Assembly (NCBI GenBank): GCA_013265495.1
Contig: MU058540.1
Coordinates: 643,696-707,695, forward strand
Length of the DNA stretch: 64,000 nucleotides
Direction: 5' to 3'
From: Vicugna vicugna
Lineage: Eukaryota
Position numbers and translations under genes: made by a program. The notes under the pieces are model-generated. The model worked only from the letters and a program-made list of their open reading frames with translations, was not told the DNA's origin and did not search any database. The number at the start of each line of letters is the position of its first letter. Position 1 is the stretch's first letter. Of this stretch, positions 36,701 through 49,250 are shown in pieces.

Positions 36701-39520
36701 CCTCAGGCCAAGGCAGCCACACCCACTCCTCAGCCTCCGCCTGCCTCCCACCACTGCCCCTATGAATCTGAGGAGGCTCCTCACAGTGGGGGCTGGTGTT
36801 AATCCTCTGTGAACTGGCTGGACTCCCTTGATGAGATATCTGCAGGGATGTCAGCTATCAGTCCTGGGAGTAACATCAGGTGCACTCCATACTGGCCAGG
36901 CACTGGTGGGAGGGGAGAACCCTGGCTCAAGGTTGGGGGCTGTGTAGAGGGAGCCACCACAGCCACCAGCATGGTCACCATTCAGTAAGGGCAGTGAGCA
37001 GTCGGTGGACGTCTGCTCTTCCCATCCACAACGTTACCTCATTTGATGCTCACATCAACAGTGAGGTTGGGGCTATTATTACCTTCATTTTACAGCTGAG
37101 AAACAGAGGCTCAGAGAGGCCTCATGTCATATAGCTGGTAAGTGGGATTTGAACCTGGGGCCCCATTCTTTATCACTTATTTACCAGGCCGCCCAATGGT
37201 CACATGGGCGGTGCAAGAACACATCCTCGCTGAGTGGGGAAGCCTGGGTGATCCCTCCACTTCCCCAGCCAAGCCCCTGGCCAGATCTGGGCTGGGGAGG
37301 GAGCTGGAGGGCAGTGGTGTATGGTCGCCTCCTGTGGACACAGGCAGGGGACTTGGCACCGGTCTGGCTCTCCCAGCTGTGCAGGGTGATGATTCATCCC
37401 CCAGCTTACATCTGGCTGAGTCTCAGCGAGGACACCTTTCCAAGACAACTCAGGAGGGCAGCTTCTTGTGGATTGTTAATCCGTCAAAGGGCCAATGAGT
37501 GGCACTGAGAACCCAGTACCACACCATCAGTATTGCAGTGCGAGCCTCCTTTACCCCTTAAACAATCTGAGTGCAACTCTCACGAGGCCTCCTGGGTGGC
37601 CGACATCGAAGGCTGTCAGAGGAAGGAGCTGCCCTGCCCTGCCCTTGAATCCCACAGTTTTGCCACCACTTCTAGGGTGGAGGGCTGCCCTCCTGGAGGG
37701 AACAGGCTGCCACCTGCCTTTTGGGTGCGGGGAGAACCTTGCCCCAGAGCAGCTCTCCAGGGGGTGAACCCACCATTCCTGACTTTAGTTTTAACAACTT
37801 TGTTGGTTCTGCAGGTTGGAGCAATGCTTTAAAGAAGAGAATAAAAGCTCAGAATACCGGAGCCAGAGGGGCCATCAGAGGCCACTTGCTACAGTGTTTT
37901 CATTTTATAGAGTGGGGAGAGACAAAGCAAAGTGATGAAAGGTCCTGCCCGGAGTCGCCCAGCAGCCAGCGGAGGAGCCCAGACTTGAACCCATGTCTGG
38001 CGCTGCATGGGATGGAGGGCTGGTGAGGAGCACAGGCTGCAGATGTGGACACACCTGGGTTCGACGCCCAGCTCTGCTCACCATGGAGGGGTGCGCTTCA
38101 AGGCATCCAAGCTGGGCCTTGAAGGGTGCATAGGAGTCCCCAGGCAGAAAGGTGAATGAAGGGAAAAACAAGGGGAACAGCATCCACAAAGGCATGGAGG
38201 GACAGAAGCACATGGCATTTCCAGAAGCCTTCAGAGTGGGTGGAGTTGGGGTGGGGCCAGGTAGAGAGAGGACAGTTCACCTCTCCTCACTATTTAGAAG
38301 TGTTGCATTTTGACTCTGAATCCAGGATTATGGTTTCTGGTAACGGCAACGCTTTATAGCCCACAGAGACTTTTTCTGTTGTTTCACAGATGAGGAACCA
38401 GAGGCTTGCAGACGGGGTGGCCCCCTAGAGACCGCAGCTAGACCGGTAAAGCCAGGTGGGGACCCAGATCTGCCAAATCTCAGGCCAGGGACTGACTTTC
38501 AGAGTGGGTGGTGGGAGCCGGGGAGGATTTACTTGGGGACCTAGGATGCACTGGGCAATGGTCCCACGCTTGCAGGAAGGTCAGGGCTGGGCCCGTGAGA
38601 GTGCTGACAGCTGGGGCTGGGGGTGCTGACACACATTATTTATGGCTGTTTCTCTGCGAGTCCTTCAGGGCTGCGAAGGTAATTGAATAAGTGAGCGTGA
38701 GCCAATGTGGGCGATCATTTAATTGTGGCAGAAAATGAAGTTGGTTGCAGCTGGGGGCTGCTAGCCCATTACCGCGGCCCTGGTTTGTGCTGAGCTGGGC
38801 AGGCGGGGCCGGAGCGGCTATCCATCCTTGGCCTTCCCCCACCCTGCCCCCAGCAGCCCTTCCCACGCTGGCAGGGACTGGTGGGGCTGGTGGTCAGGGA
38901 GTTTGTTTTTTGGGCAGCCCACTCCCCATGTCCACTGCTCTGCCCTGGGAAGGACCTGGAGGCTGCTGCAGACAGTGAGGAGGCTGGGAGATGCTTGGGG
39001 CCTGGCGGTAAGAGCAGGGGTTCAAATCATGGTGTTTGGAACGGCAGTGTCGGCAAACACACAGAAAGCCCTTGTTAAGTGCCAGGAACTGGTCTAACTG
39101 CTAATTTTGATCGACTTCGGTTAATCCTCCAATAACCCTGTGAGGGAAAAGCTGTTATCCCCAGATTTCACAGATAAAGAAACTGAGGCACTGACTCCTG
39201 ACTCCATGTACTGGATTGAGATGCTCTGAGATCCTGGTGGGCCCGATGGCAGGCTGCAGCCGTGATCAGGTGAGATGTTGTAAGGACCTGCCCTGAGGTC
39301 ACCTCTTGCCCTGTTTTAGCCTAACTGGCCACCCACTGCCTCTTCCTCTAGGTAAGACCGGGGCGGAAGCCTGGACCCCAAGTTTCAAGGCAGGAGGAGG
39401 CCCTTGTCGGCCTAGGCCAGCTCAGTTCCCAAAGCTCTAGCCCTCTGGCCTTCACGGCTCTGGTGTCCTTTCCAGCCCTTCTGAGGAAGCAGAGAGAATT
39501 AGGCCTGAAATGTGTGAAGC

Positions 39521-39735
39521 TGAAATGTGTGATGGTGAATCCTCTCACACAGATCACGACTATGTTCTTAGCTGTACTTTTAATTCCTACTTAATTTTAT
39601 ATGAAGTTTTATGTACCACTAATGAATGTACCCAATAAGGTAATAGAATGATGATACTGACCTGTGATAAGATTCAATGAATTGTGAAAAGTAACAGTTT
39701 AAATAAACATGCTGTATTTTTAATTAAAAAAAAAA
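39521..39735 (+). pseudogene. Unidentified 5'-truncated retroposed fragment (mRNA 3' UTR-like) with poly(A) tail
   Basis: AT-rich island in GC-rich DNA; AATAAA at 39702-39707; A10 at 39726-39735; flanking direct repeat gtgtgaagc (39512-39520, 39736-39744). Confidence 0.65.
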
Positions 39736-40059
39736 GTGTGAAGCCTGCTCACCCTCCTGGGTTGGAGGCAGCCACAGTGGCCCCAGGGCCATGCCAGGAA
39801 GGGCAGCCCAGCTGACTGAGGGGCCAGAGCAGAGGTGGGGGCTAGGTCCAGGCCTCAGGTGGGAACCTGGGCTTCCTGCATTTTATCTGACAATCCTACC
39901 TGTCTCTGGGCCTCAGTCTTCTTGCCTGTCCAGTGGGATGTGAAAGGTCCCTGCCTTACTCACTGGGTGCCCTTGTTGTGAGCTGCTAGAGAGGGGCCCC
40001 CTTTCCCTGAGCACCAACTTGCACTGAGTGTGTGTGAGGCTCACGAGGAGCTGGTGGGG

Positions 40060-40690
40060 TTGGTATCATTCCATCAGTCACCCCTTCCACACAAATTTAC
40101 TGAGCCCCGTCTTTGTGCCAGCACAAATCTAGGTGGTGGGGATTGAGCGGGGAAAAAACCAACTAAAATCCCTCATGTTAACCGGGAGACAGGTAACATG
40201 TTAACAGGAGACAAAATAAGTAAAACAAGTAGAGGGTGGTGAGGGCTGGAGAAAAAACGAGAATGGGGAAAGGGGAAAGGGGGAGGGTATTGGGAGTTTC
40301 AGTTTTCAACAAGGAGGTCAGGGAAGGCCTCGCTGAGAAAATGTCTTCTGAGTGGAGATTTGGGGAGAAGAGATTGCTGGTGTGTAGATACAGAGGGACG
40401 AGGATGCCAGGAAAAAAAGGCACAGAAAGTGCAAAGGCCCTGGGGTAGGAAGGAGACCATGTGGCTGGAGCAGAGGGAACTAAGGGAGAGTGGTAGGAGA
40501 GGTAGTCAGAAGTGTGTGTGAATATGTGTGTGAATGTGTGTGTGTGTAAAAGAGAGAAAGACAGAGACACAGAGAGGGTGACTTTGACTTCTACTCTGAG
40601 TGGAGGGGACCCAATCAAATTCCCAGGGCTCTGGGCAAAGGGCTCTGACTTACGTTTTAACAAGATCGCTCTGGTTACTCAGTGGGGAAG
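40060..40690 (-). mobile_element. L2 LINE fragment
   Basis: aaatttactgagc...tgtgccagca, gaggtcagggaaggcctcgctgagaa, gcaaaggccctggggtagga, ttttaacaagatcgctctggttact. Confidence 0.7.
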
Positions 40691-40703
40691 GAACTGTTGA
40701 GGG

Positions 40704-40871
40704 CAGGACCGGCTACATAATTTGCAGAGCCTAGTGCAAAATAGCGAATCCTTGTTCAAAAATGACTAATTTCAAGATGGTGACAGCAAAGCGTTAAACC
40801 CACCACAGGGCCCTTCTGAGCGTGGGACCCTGTGCAACTGCAGCGGTTGTGCATCTACGAAGCCGGCCCTG
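40704..40871 (+). mobile_element. MER45A-like non-autonomous hAT element, near full length
   Basis: Terminal inverted repeats caggaccggct (40704-40714) / agccggccctg (40861-40871), about 170 bp end to end. Confidence 0.7.
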
Positions 40872-42826
40872 GGGTGGAAGGTGGATGCAGGGCCCAGTGA
40901 GGAGGTTTTGCAGCTGTCAGGCTAGGGGATGACAGGGGTGCAGACAGTGGAGGTGGAGATATATGGCCAGATTATACTCATTTTATAGGCCGGGAAACTA
41001 AGTCTTACGGACTGTAAGTGACTAGCTCAAGAACATTCAGCCAGTAAGTAGCCAAGCCAGTGTGAGAACTCCATCAAAGGCAGGTCCCCTGCTCTGTTGG
41101 AAGCACGTCTTGTTTTCCAGCCCCACCACCCACTGCAGAGTGCTGTAGGCTCCTGCTGGCTGCACGGCCCCAGCATGGGGTCCACTGGTACCGGGCTGTC
41201 AAGTCTGAAACCCCCTCCAGGTCTTCCTCTTCTAGCTGCTCTGTGCTGGTTTTAATGGGTACTGCTCTCAGCAGCTGCCAGGGCCCTGTGATCAGTGCCT
41301 CATGCCTGTCCTGGGTTGAACCTCAACCCCTGCCTCCCTGCCCCTCCACTCCCACACTGGCATCAGCCCTCACCTCATGTGGAAGGCACCTCATCCTTTC
41401 CGAACATCTAGCCTCCGTGAGACACAGCCCTCCTCACCCCCTTCCCCGCCCCTCCCAGCTGCGGCGGGGCCTGGGGTGGGGCAGGGCTGGACTTTACGGC
41501 TCGCACTGGACCTCTCCTCGGGCAGAGTGCTACTCCTCCCTGGTCACCCTGCTTCCACCTGGACCTTGGCTGCCCAGACAGCCTTGTCTGGCCCCTCCCT
41601 CCAGCCTCCTCCCATGTCTTCTCTGCCCTCCCCGCTGGGGCAGATGGCATGCTCACCATGGCCACAGAGTTTCCATAGCTTGTTGGTTGCAGAGCCGCCT
41701 TCAGGATCCGTCCCATTCTGAGTTCTGGTGCAGGTTTTTGTATATTTGCTTTCTCCTCCCTCCAACCTGTATCCTCCACCCAACTGGGCTGTGAGTTTTT
41801 TGAGGATAGAGGATAGTGTCTCTGCCTCTCATTCACTTGTTTACCCAGGCAGCACCAGCCACATACAGGGCACTGTGCTGGGCCTTAGGGGATTTATAAA
41901 AACAGATCAAATATGCTCTCCCAGTTAATCCACATGGTGGAGTGAACACTGTGCCCACAATTCCCACTAGATGATAGCAAAGGGGTAAAAAAAGAGGGAG
42001 CCACAAGGACCGAGAGAATGAGTGAGGAGAGAGCTTTGGGAGATGGACAGAGGCGGACGAGTGGTAACCAAGTAATTTCCAGCTTTCTCCACTTTGGGGA
42101 GGGCCTACAGTCAAGGGATTCAACAGGGAACAAGATAGAAGGTCTCTGAAACGAGGCAGCTGATGCAGGAGGACTGAAAGCTGAGGACTGATGGGACCGT
42201 ATCCCCTCCCCCCAGCCTGGCTCCAGAGGCTGGCGACGACGTCCTGCTTCTGGGTCTGAGCACCAGACAGGGCGTTGCCTGCAGGGGCGAGGCTCCCATC
42301 GACAGAACAAGAAAGAGGGAGTGCAAGGAGGCCCCAGGGCTCAAGGCCAAGTCCAGAAGAGGCAATCATCACTTTCACGTGCATTCCAGTGACAAGCTCT
42401 TGTTCCATGCCACCCTTAACTGTGAAGGAAGGTAAATACAGCCCAGCTAGGCAGCCCCTCTAGCATGTGGGAGGAGGGAGAGTGGATTCGGGCGGCCACC
42501 AGTTACCTGCCACAAAGCTGCCCCAAAGCCTAATTCCTGGGCAGCCTGAGTCAAGAAGTTCTTCTAGGCTGACCTTCACCAAAATGAGGACATAAACCAA
42601 GAAAAGGAGTGATACAGCACATGGCAAGCAGGGACTCCGATGTTGGAGGGGAGGCCCAAGACCTCAGGACCTGCAGGCCTGGAGAGCCCTCCACAACTGG
42701 TCAGGTTACCAGAGGGGTATGACCACCTCCAGAGGAGGTTTAAAGTCTGGTCAGAGTCTGGGGAAAAGACTGATGACAGGTATACAGAAATCTCAAGGAA
42801 CAAACAAAGAGCATCAAAAGGCAAGT

Positions 42827-42960
42827 GGAGGGCAGGGTGGAGCTCAGTGGTAGAGTGCATGCTTAGCATGCACAAGGTCCTGGGTTCAATCCCTAGTACC
42901 TCCATTCAAAACAAACAAACCTAATTACCTCTCCCCCTACCAAAAAAGAAAAAAAAAATA
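42827..42960 (+). mobile_element. tRNA-derived SINE, Vic-1-like
   Basis: ggagctcagtggtagagtgcatgcttagcatgcacaaggtcctgggttcaatccctagtacctcc...aaacctaattacctctcccc followed by an A-tail. Confidence 0.85.
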
Positions 42961-45900
42961 CACCCCCCACAAAAGCAAATTGATTAAAATCAAGAAACAA
43001 AGTTCTATAGGAGAGAAAATGTGATCCTGAGACATTACGACTCAGAATAATATTTACATGTCATAACAGTAATGGAAACATGGGATGCTGATTTCATAAA
43101 AATTGTAAGTATAGAGGCGGGAGAAGGAGGGGAAATGGGCGATAGAGTAGTTAAATCTTAATGAGAAGTGAAGTTCTAATCTACAGTAAGAAATCAATAG
43201 ATAAAACCTAAAATAGAAAAACCACGAGTTTGTAGTACATGCATGTCCTGTAGAAACAAGACAGCGAGCAGAAGGAAACAGCCAGTGAAGTGGGGAGCGG
43301 GGAGGGGCAGCTGTCCCTTCTTCATTAGCCATGAAATGCTATTTGATTTTGAAAATGATGACCATGTGTTACTTTTATAAAAATTAAACTTATGTAAAAG
43401 CAGAGGAGGGTGTTTTGCTACCAAGAAAAAGAAGGAGAGAAAGGAAGAGGCCCCACCTTGCCTGACTGAAGCCTGCTGAGAAATAACCACAGTAGATCAG
43501 TGCAGGTGGACCAGGTTGTGCGGGCTGCGGGCTGCAGATGCAGAGGGCCATGCTGGCTGGCAGCAGGAGGTCTGGAGGTCTGAGGCAGATGTTAAAGAGA
43601 GAAACGCATCATTGCTAATGTGTTAATCGCTCCGCCTCTCCGATGTCACTAGGGCACTTCAGCAGCTGCCTGCAGACTCTCCGAAAATATTCACTGGCTG
43701 CAAGCAATGACCCTAAATCAGAAAGCAACTCTTAGGGCTCGGCAGCTCAGGGCCACCCTGGAGAGGCATTGGGAAGGGACAGTGGAGACCACTCACCTCT
43801 TGCCTTCCCTTGAGGGTCATCTGGGGCCCAGAGTCCACTATTTCTTGGATTCCATGTTATGCACAGCACAGGAGCTGGAGGGTGAGAGTGGGGTGGTGTG
43901 GGGCACGTCTGCACGTGTCGTTTCTCATACATGCACGTGTACACAGGTGTGCACGCAATCCCATGGATATGCCGGCATGCACATATGCGAATGGTGTCTT
44001 TGGTGGGAGGGCTGTGAGTCTGTTCTGTCCAGCCTCACTCCCTGAACACAGGATCAGCACTGGGAGACAGCTTCCTTCCTCCCTTTTCACAGGTGTCTTT
44101 AGAGTTGGCCCTTGGCCAAAGCTGTGTAGCCAGGGAAGTAAATCCTAGGAAATCTGACCCCCTCATCTCTCCCTGGGCCTCTTCATGTTTTTCCTCTCCA
44201 GGATGCTATGCATTCTCTCTCAGTTCTTTCTTTTGACAAACCTGCTCTAAGTAAGGCTCTGATGGGTTTTCATTTTCAAAAAGGACAAAGTGCTAAGCTA
44301 AAGGAATAAATTTTTAATAGTGGAATTTCAGGCCTCTTCCTCTTAGAAGAGGTTTTATTTATTTTGGCTTTGGTTTGGTTTTGTCAGAGAAGCTTCCCTG
44401 TGTCCCTGGAGCCACTGTGAAGCTCTAGGCTCCCTCCTGGATGCTGCTGGCTGGGTCACTCTCCTCACCAGTTGCCAGGCGATTTCCTGGGGTGGGCTGG
44501 GGGCTTTCCCTGGCTCCAAAAATGGGCCCCTACAGGGAGTGTCGGCTCTCTGATCCCCTGCTTCTCCCTTCAGTGTGCCTCTTTCCCTCCTGCCCTGCCG
44601 TGGCACACACCACCCCCAGAGAGAGGTGGGGGGCACTCTGGGGGCCAGGAGTGACCTGCACCCCCTCCTGAGGGGCAGGCCTGGGCAGAGGGCACCCCGG
44701 CCACCTCTAAGCCTGGTTTAATAGCTGTGAACCTGGATGGCTCCCCTACCTCAGTCTGGGGCGGCAGCTGCCTTCTCTGAGGGGGAGGCCTCAGCAGGCC
44801 AATGGAGGAATGAAACCCTCCCCCACTCTCAGCCCCCAGCAGCCCCCCAGGAGCTTTGTGCACCTAAGCAGGTGGCTGGGATGTTATGAGACTCCCCCTC
44901 CCTGCCCATGGCTCCCCTTTTCTCTCAGAGCAGCCTAGTCATAGCCCCACTCCTCAGGCCTGGAGGACAGAGGGAGAAGCACCGGCTCTGAGGTTCTCTG
45001 TCTGGCTGTGCCAGCTGGAGTGGGGCCTGGGGACATGGCTGAGTCCCAGCCTCTCCCTAAACCCAGTCTCCTGGCCTTGGGGGGGAACCCAGTGGAGCAG
45101 AGGAAGGGCTCAGCACCAGGGTTGGCTTGATGGACCCTGCCACTCACCTCTGTGGAGATCAGAACAGATGGCCAGGTTGGCAGACCCCACTTCTGGCCAC
45201 CTGAGTGACCCTTCTGGGACTCTGTACCTAGAGCTTCACTCTTGGGGTGCCAGCACCCCTGTTCTGGTCTCCCCAGTCCCTCAGGTCCACTGGGTGTTCA
45301 GCCACAGGGCTCCTCCTTAGAAGCCTCAGAGCCCTCCTATTCCCATCAGCCAGGCCCACTGGGTGTCAGGACCCTGGCCTGACCCTGCAGGACAAACCTC
45401 AGCCTAGGCCAGAAGCAAGGCAGCCTGACGCGGGTGTCACTGCTGCCCCTGTAGCTGTACGGCTGACCCCTGCTGGCCATCCTTCCACACCCACACAGGC
45501 ATCCCTTCACAGGGCTTGAATGCTTCATCACCTCAGGCAGCAGCCTGCTCCAGGCAGAGAGGCTTCTGCCTCTTGGACGAGTTCTTTGTAATTAGCTGAA
45601 GTCTGAATACTAGTTACTTCCATCTGCTTATTCACAGTCACATAGTTTCATCATCATCCTCATTATCGATCCTATCTATGTACCAGGCACATGGCAATGT
45701 GTCATTTAATCCTTTCAACACCCGTGAAGTTGATGCCTGTGTCATCCCAGCGACGGGGGCTTCACTGCTTATTAAGGAAGCCCAAAGCTCAAAATAGTGA
45801 GGTCCTTCCTTCTCCTGCAGAGCCCATGTTTGTCCCCTTGTGGCTTCTGCTCACAAGGCCCAGCCCTGCCCCTCAGGGGTCGCCAGAACTAGCCTAACCC

Positions 45901-47564
45901 TTCCCCTTATGATGTTTGGATTAAGTGACCATCTTCCTGCTGAATTTTCTCCCAGCCAAAGTCAAGAGAAGGGGCCAGTAAGAGACCCCTCAGAGAAACT
46001 GGGAGGTGCCTGCCGGACAGGAGAGAGGCATCTCACTCCCAGTCCTCAGCTTAGCGGCCAAAACTCTGAGCCTGGCCCTGTCAGCTTTGGGGTAGACAGT
46101 TCTTGGAGGAACCGACCTGTGTACCGTACCCCCCTGCACTGCCCTTTGGGGTGTCTCAGAAACCTAGGCCTGACTCCTGTTGGGACATGCTTAAAGGAAG
46201 AGGCTGCCTGAGGGGTAGGAAAGGAGAGACAGGCATGGGGGCCTGATTACCAGGAGGACAGCATGGAGGGCAGTCTTACGTGCCAAACAGGACGGCCTGA
46301 CCACACCGGGCTTCAGACTTGGGTATTCTGACTCCCAATCCCTGCTAACCTCCTCAGACCTGGTGCTACGCCTCTACTGCAGCCACAGCCCAACCTCCCC
46401 ACTGCTTTCCATAGAACTGACCATCGTCTCTAAACCCCGAAGCCCATACTGGACCTCAGCCCCTGGCCCTCTCCGCACCCCCAGGTCTGTGCAGTCAGGG
46501 CTGAGTGCAGGCATTTCATTTTCCTCTTCCTCTGAGCCGCTGTTCCTCCTCCATTCCTCCGCACTTGGAGGCAGGGCACAAATAAATAAATAAAATGAAA
46601 CAAACGCGCTTGTCCCTGTTAAGTTTCATCTTGTTAGATCCACCCCATCACTCCGGCCTGTCAGCTTCTCTTGAGATCCCAGCTCTGTCATCTGGCGTCT
46701 TTGCCGTTGTACCCCCCAGCTGTGTGGCATCTGCAAATTTGATAAAATACACAGAGCATGTTTGTCTCAGAGGACGCCCTCTCCCCGCATCAGGTGGCTG
46801 GAGCACAGGCATGTGCACACGCACACACACTACCCTCTGGGGTTTGTCAGCCCTGTCCAGCTACCTACAAGATCCTGGTGGGGACCCTGGGCAACTGCGC
46901 CCCACAGGGGGCCAGGCACTCAGCAGCCACTACGCTGTGCTCATGTCCCTGTGGGGCATGAGACACTCTGGGGACGTCCTCACATCCTCGCCTCCACCGA
47001 CTGCTGTTTAAACGGGCTCAGACCTGGCTGCACCCTGCAGGCCTCTTCCAAGCTCGGGGCAAGGCTGGCTAGCCAGTCTGGGCCTCGGCTCTCCTGGACG
47101 GCTTTGTGGACCTCCCTCCACTGCTAAACATGCAGGCTGCAGTGCCTGAAGCATGGCCTATCCTTCTCTTGATTGTGCTGTGGTTGCTGGCATGGAGCCA
47201 GCCCAACTGCATGGGGCGAGGACTCCTTCTACGCACCTGCTGTGTGCCATCTCTCCGATCCTTCTCTTCAGGGGGCCCAGACCTCGTCTTTGCAGTAATT
47301 GCATAGCAGGGGTAGCTAGCTCAGAAAGATCCTCACTACAGAGCCTGCCAGACACTGCTTTAGTGGAACAACAATCCACAAAAATCCCAGGGCCTAGATA
47401 GAGCTTCCAGAAACTTCAAGTCCATCTCCAGCTTCCAGGCACTGAATGTTGGAGTGTAGGGGACTGTGAAGCCCGGTGTGGTCAGGCTATCCTATTGTTC
47501 CTCGTCTTCCCCAACTGCAGTGCAAGCCGTTCGTTCTTTCCTCTGGGCAAGTGGCAAAAGTTAC

Positions 47565-47870
47565 TTACCTGTATCCATCAGCCGATGCTAGTAACAAATC
47601 AACCCCAGATTCCTGGTGGCTTACACCAATACATGGTGAGCTCTTATGCTACTACACTATGGGTCTGCTGGGGATTCTGGTCCAAGCCATCATCGCTCCA
47701 GGATGCAGGCAGGATGCAGGCTGTGGCATCACACTGTGGCAGAGGCAAAGAGGCAGATCCGCATGCGTTCTCAATGCCGCTGCCTCCCAGGGCCATTTTC
47801 CCTTCCATTCACGTTTCATTGGCTACAGAAAATCACATGGTCATGCACAATTTCAAAGAGAATCAGCAAG
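47565..47870. mobile_element. MLT1-like (ERVL-MaLR) LTR remnant
   Basis: gtaacaaatcaaccccagattcctggtggctta...ttcacgtttcattggctacagaaaatcacatggtcatgcacaatttcaa. Confidence 0.55.
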
Positions 47871-48514
47871 TGTGATCTTTCCTTGTGGCAGTAATTTTGG
47901 CAAATGGCCTCAATGATTCCTCTGCATACCAGATGTTCTTGTCCCTCAGAGCCACCCGGTCCCACCATAACACTTGGATGCTGGTTTTCTGAGTCCAGAG
48001 TGGACTGCTGTTACACTTCCCTCCCTGTGGTCTGCGTGCCCAGGATTTGGCTCACAATCTGGCTCTGCAGGGCCCTTCTTTTCTCTCCTCTTCTGGTCTC
48101 AATGCTCCACCCCTTGCTTTGAGAGGCCCTCCTCCTACCTCCTACCTTCAGGAGATGCACGCTGACCCAGGTTCAGTTAGGAGTAGCCTCGGGCTCCATA
48201 CCCAGTGATTGGCTGGGAGGTGGGCCCCTGACTCTTGTTAAACCTGCTGAGCCCTTTCCATCTCTCCTTTCCTTGAATGTCCTCACAGTGGTGGCAGCCA
48301 GGTGGGGAGCCCTCTGAGGGCATGTGGCTGCACCTGGGCCCTGCACCTGGATGGAGCTGCTCGGAGGCCCGCCTCCCCCCACTCCCCCGCTGCCTCTCCA
48401 GGGATTGGCTTATGTGAGCCAATGTGTGTACCTTGTGCTGAAGTTTGTCTGAGTGTTGTGTTTCTGTCGCTGAAGAATGCTGAGTAACATACTCCTGCGG
48501 TTCGTGTCCACACC

Positions 48515-49250
48515 TGTATCTGTTACCTATCATGAGTAACAGATCACCCAAACTTAGTGGTTTTGTGTGATAAAATTTCATAGAACCACATACACACACA
48601 AAGTGAATGTAAAACTGGTAAGACCTAAATAAGGTCTGTGCCTGAATGAATAGCATTGTATCAAGGTCAGTTTCCTGGTTTTGACAATGTACCACGGTTA
48701 TATGGGGGTAATCGGAGGAGCTGGGTGAAGGCTACGTGAGAAATCTCTGTACTATTTTTGCATCTTTTTGTGTCCTAAACTATTTCAAATGAACTTACAA
48801 TAACACAGACTTGGTAGCTTAAGACAACATCATGCATGTTCTCCCGATTTTGCCATTTGGACACGGCTAAATGGGGGATGCTTCTCTCTGCTTACCCGAG
48901 CCTGGTATGATTGGCCTCATTCACACGGCTGGTGTGCCAGCTGGAGTGCTGGAACAGCTGGGGCTGGTGGGGATCTGTCTCCTCACAAGGTCTCTCCAGC
49001 AGGGCAGCTGAGCCTCTTTACATGGTGGCTCCAAGCCCAAGAGAATGAAAGCGGAAGTGACCGAGTCTCCAATGCTTCTGACCAAAACTGGCCTGTGTCT
49101 CTGTGGCCACATTCGATTGGTCAGAGCAGACCCAGAGCCAGCCCAGATTCAAGGGAGAAGAAACACCACTTGGATGCTGGTGCTCTGAGCCCAGAGTGGA
49201 ATGTTCTTCCATTTAGATGGAGGGAGTGATGGAGACTGTGTGGCATCGTT
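48515..49250. mobile_element. MLT1-like LTR remnant interrupted by an old L1 fragment (about 48590-48800)
   Basis: gtaacagatcacccaaacttagtgg...agcctctttacatggtggctc...ggccacattcgattggtcagagc...cccagattcaaggg; the internal part ctgggtgaaggctacgtgagaaatctctgtactatttttgca is L1M-like. Confidence 0.55.
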
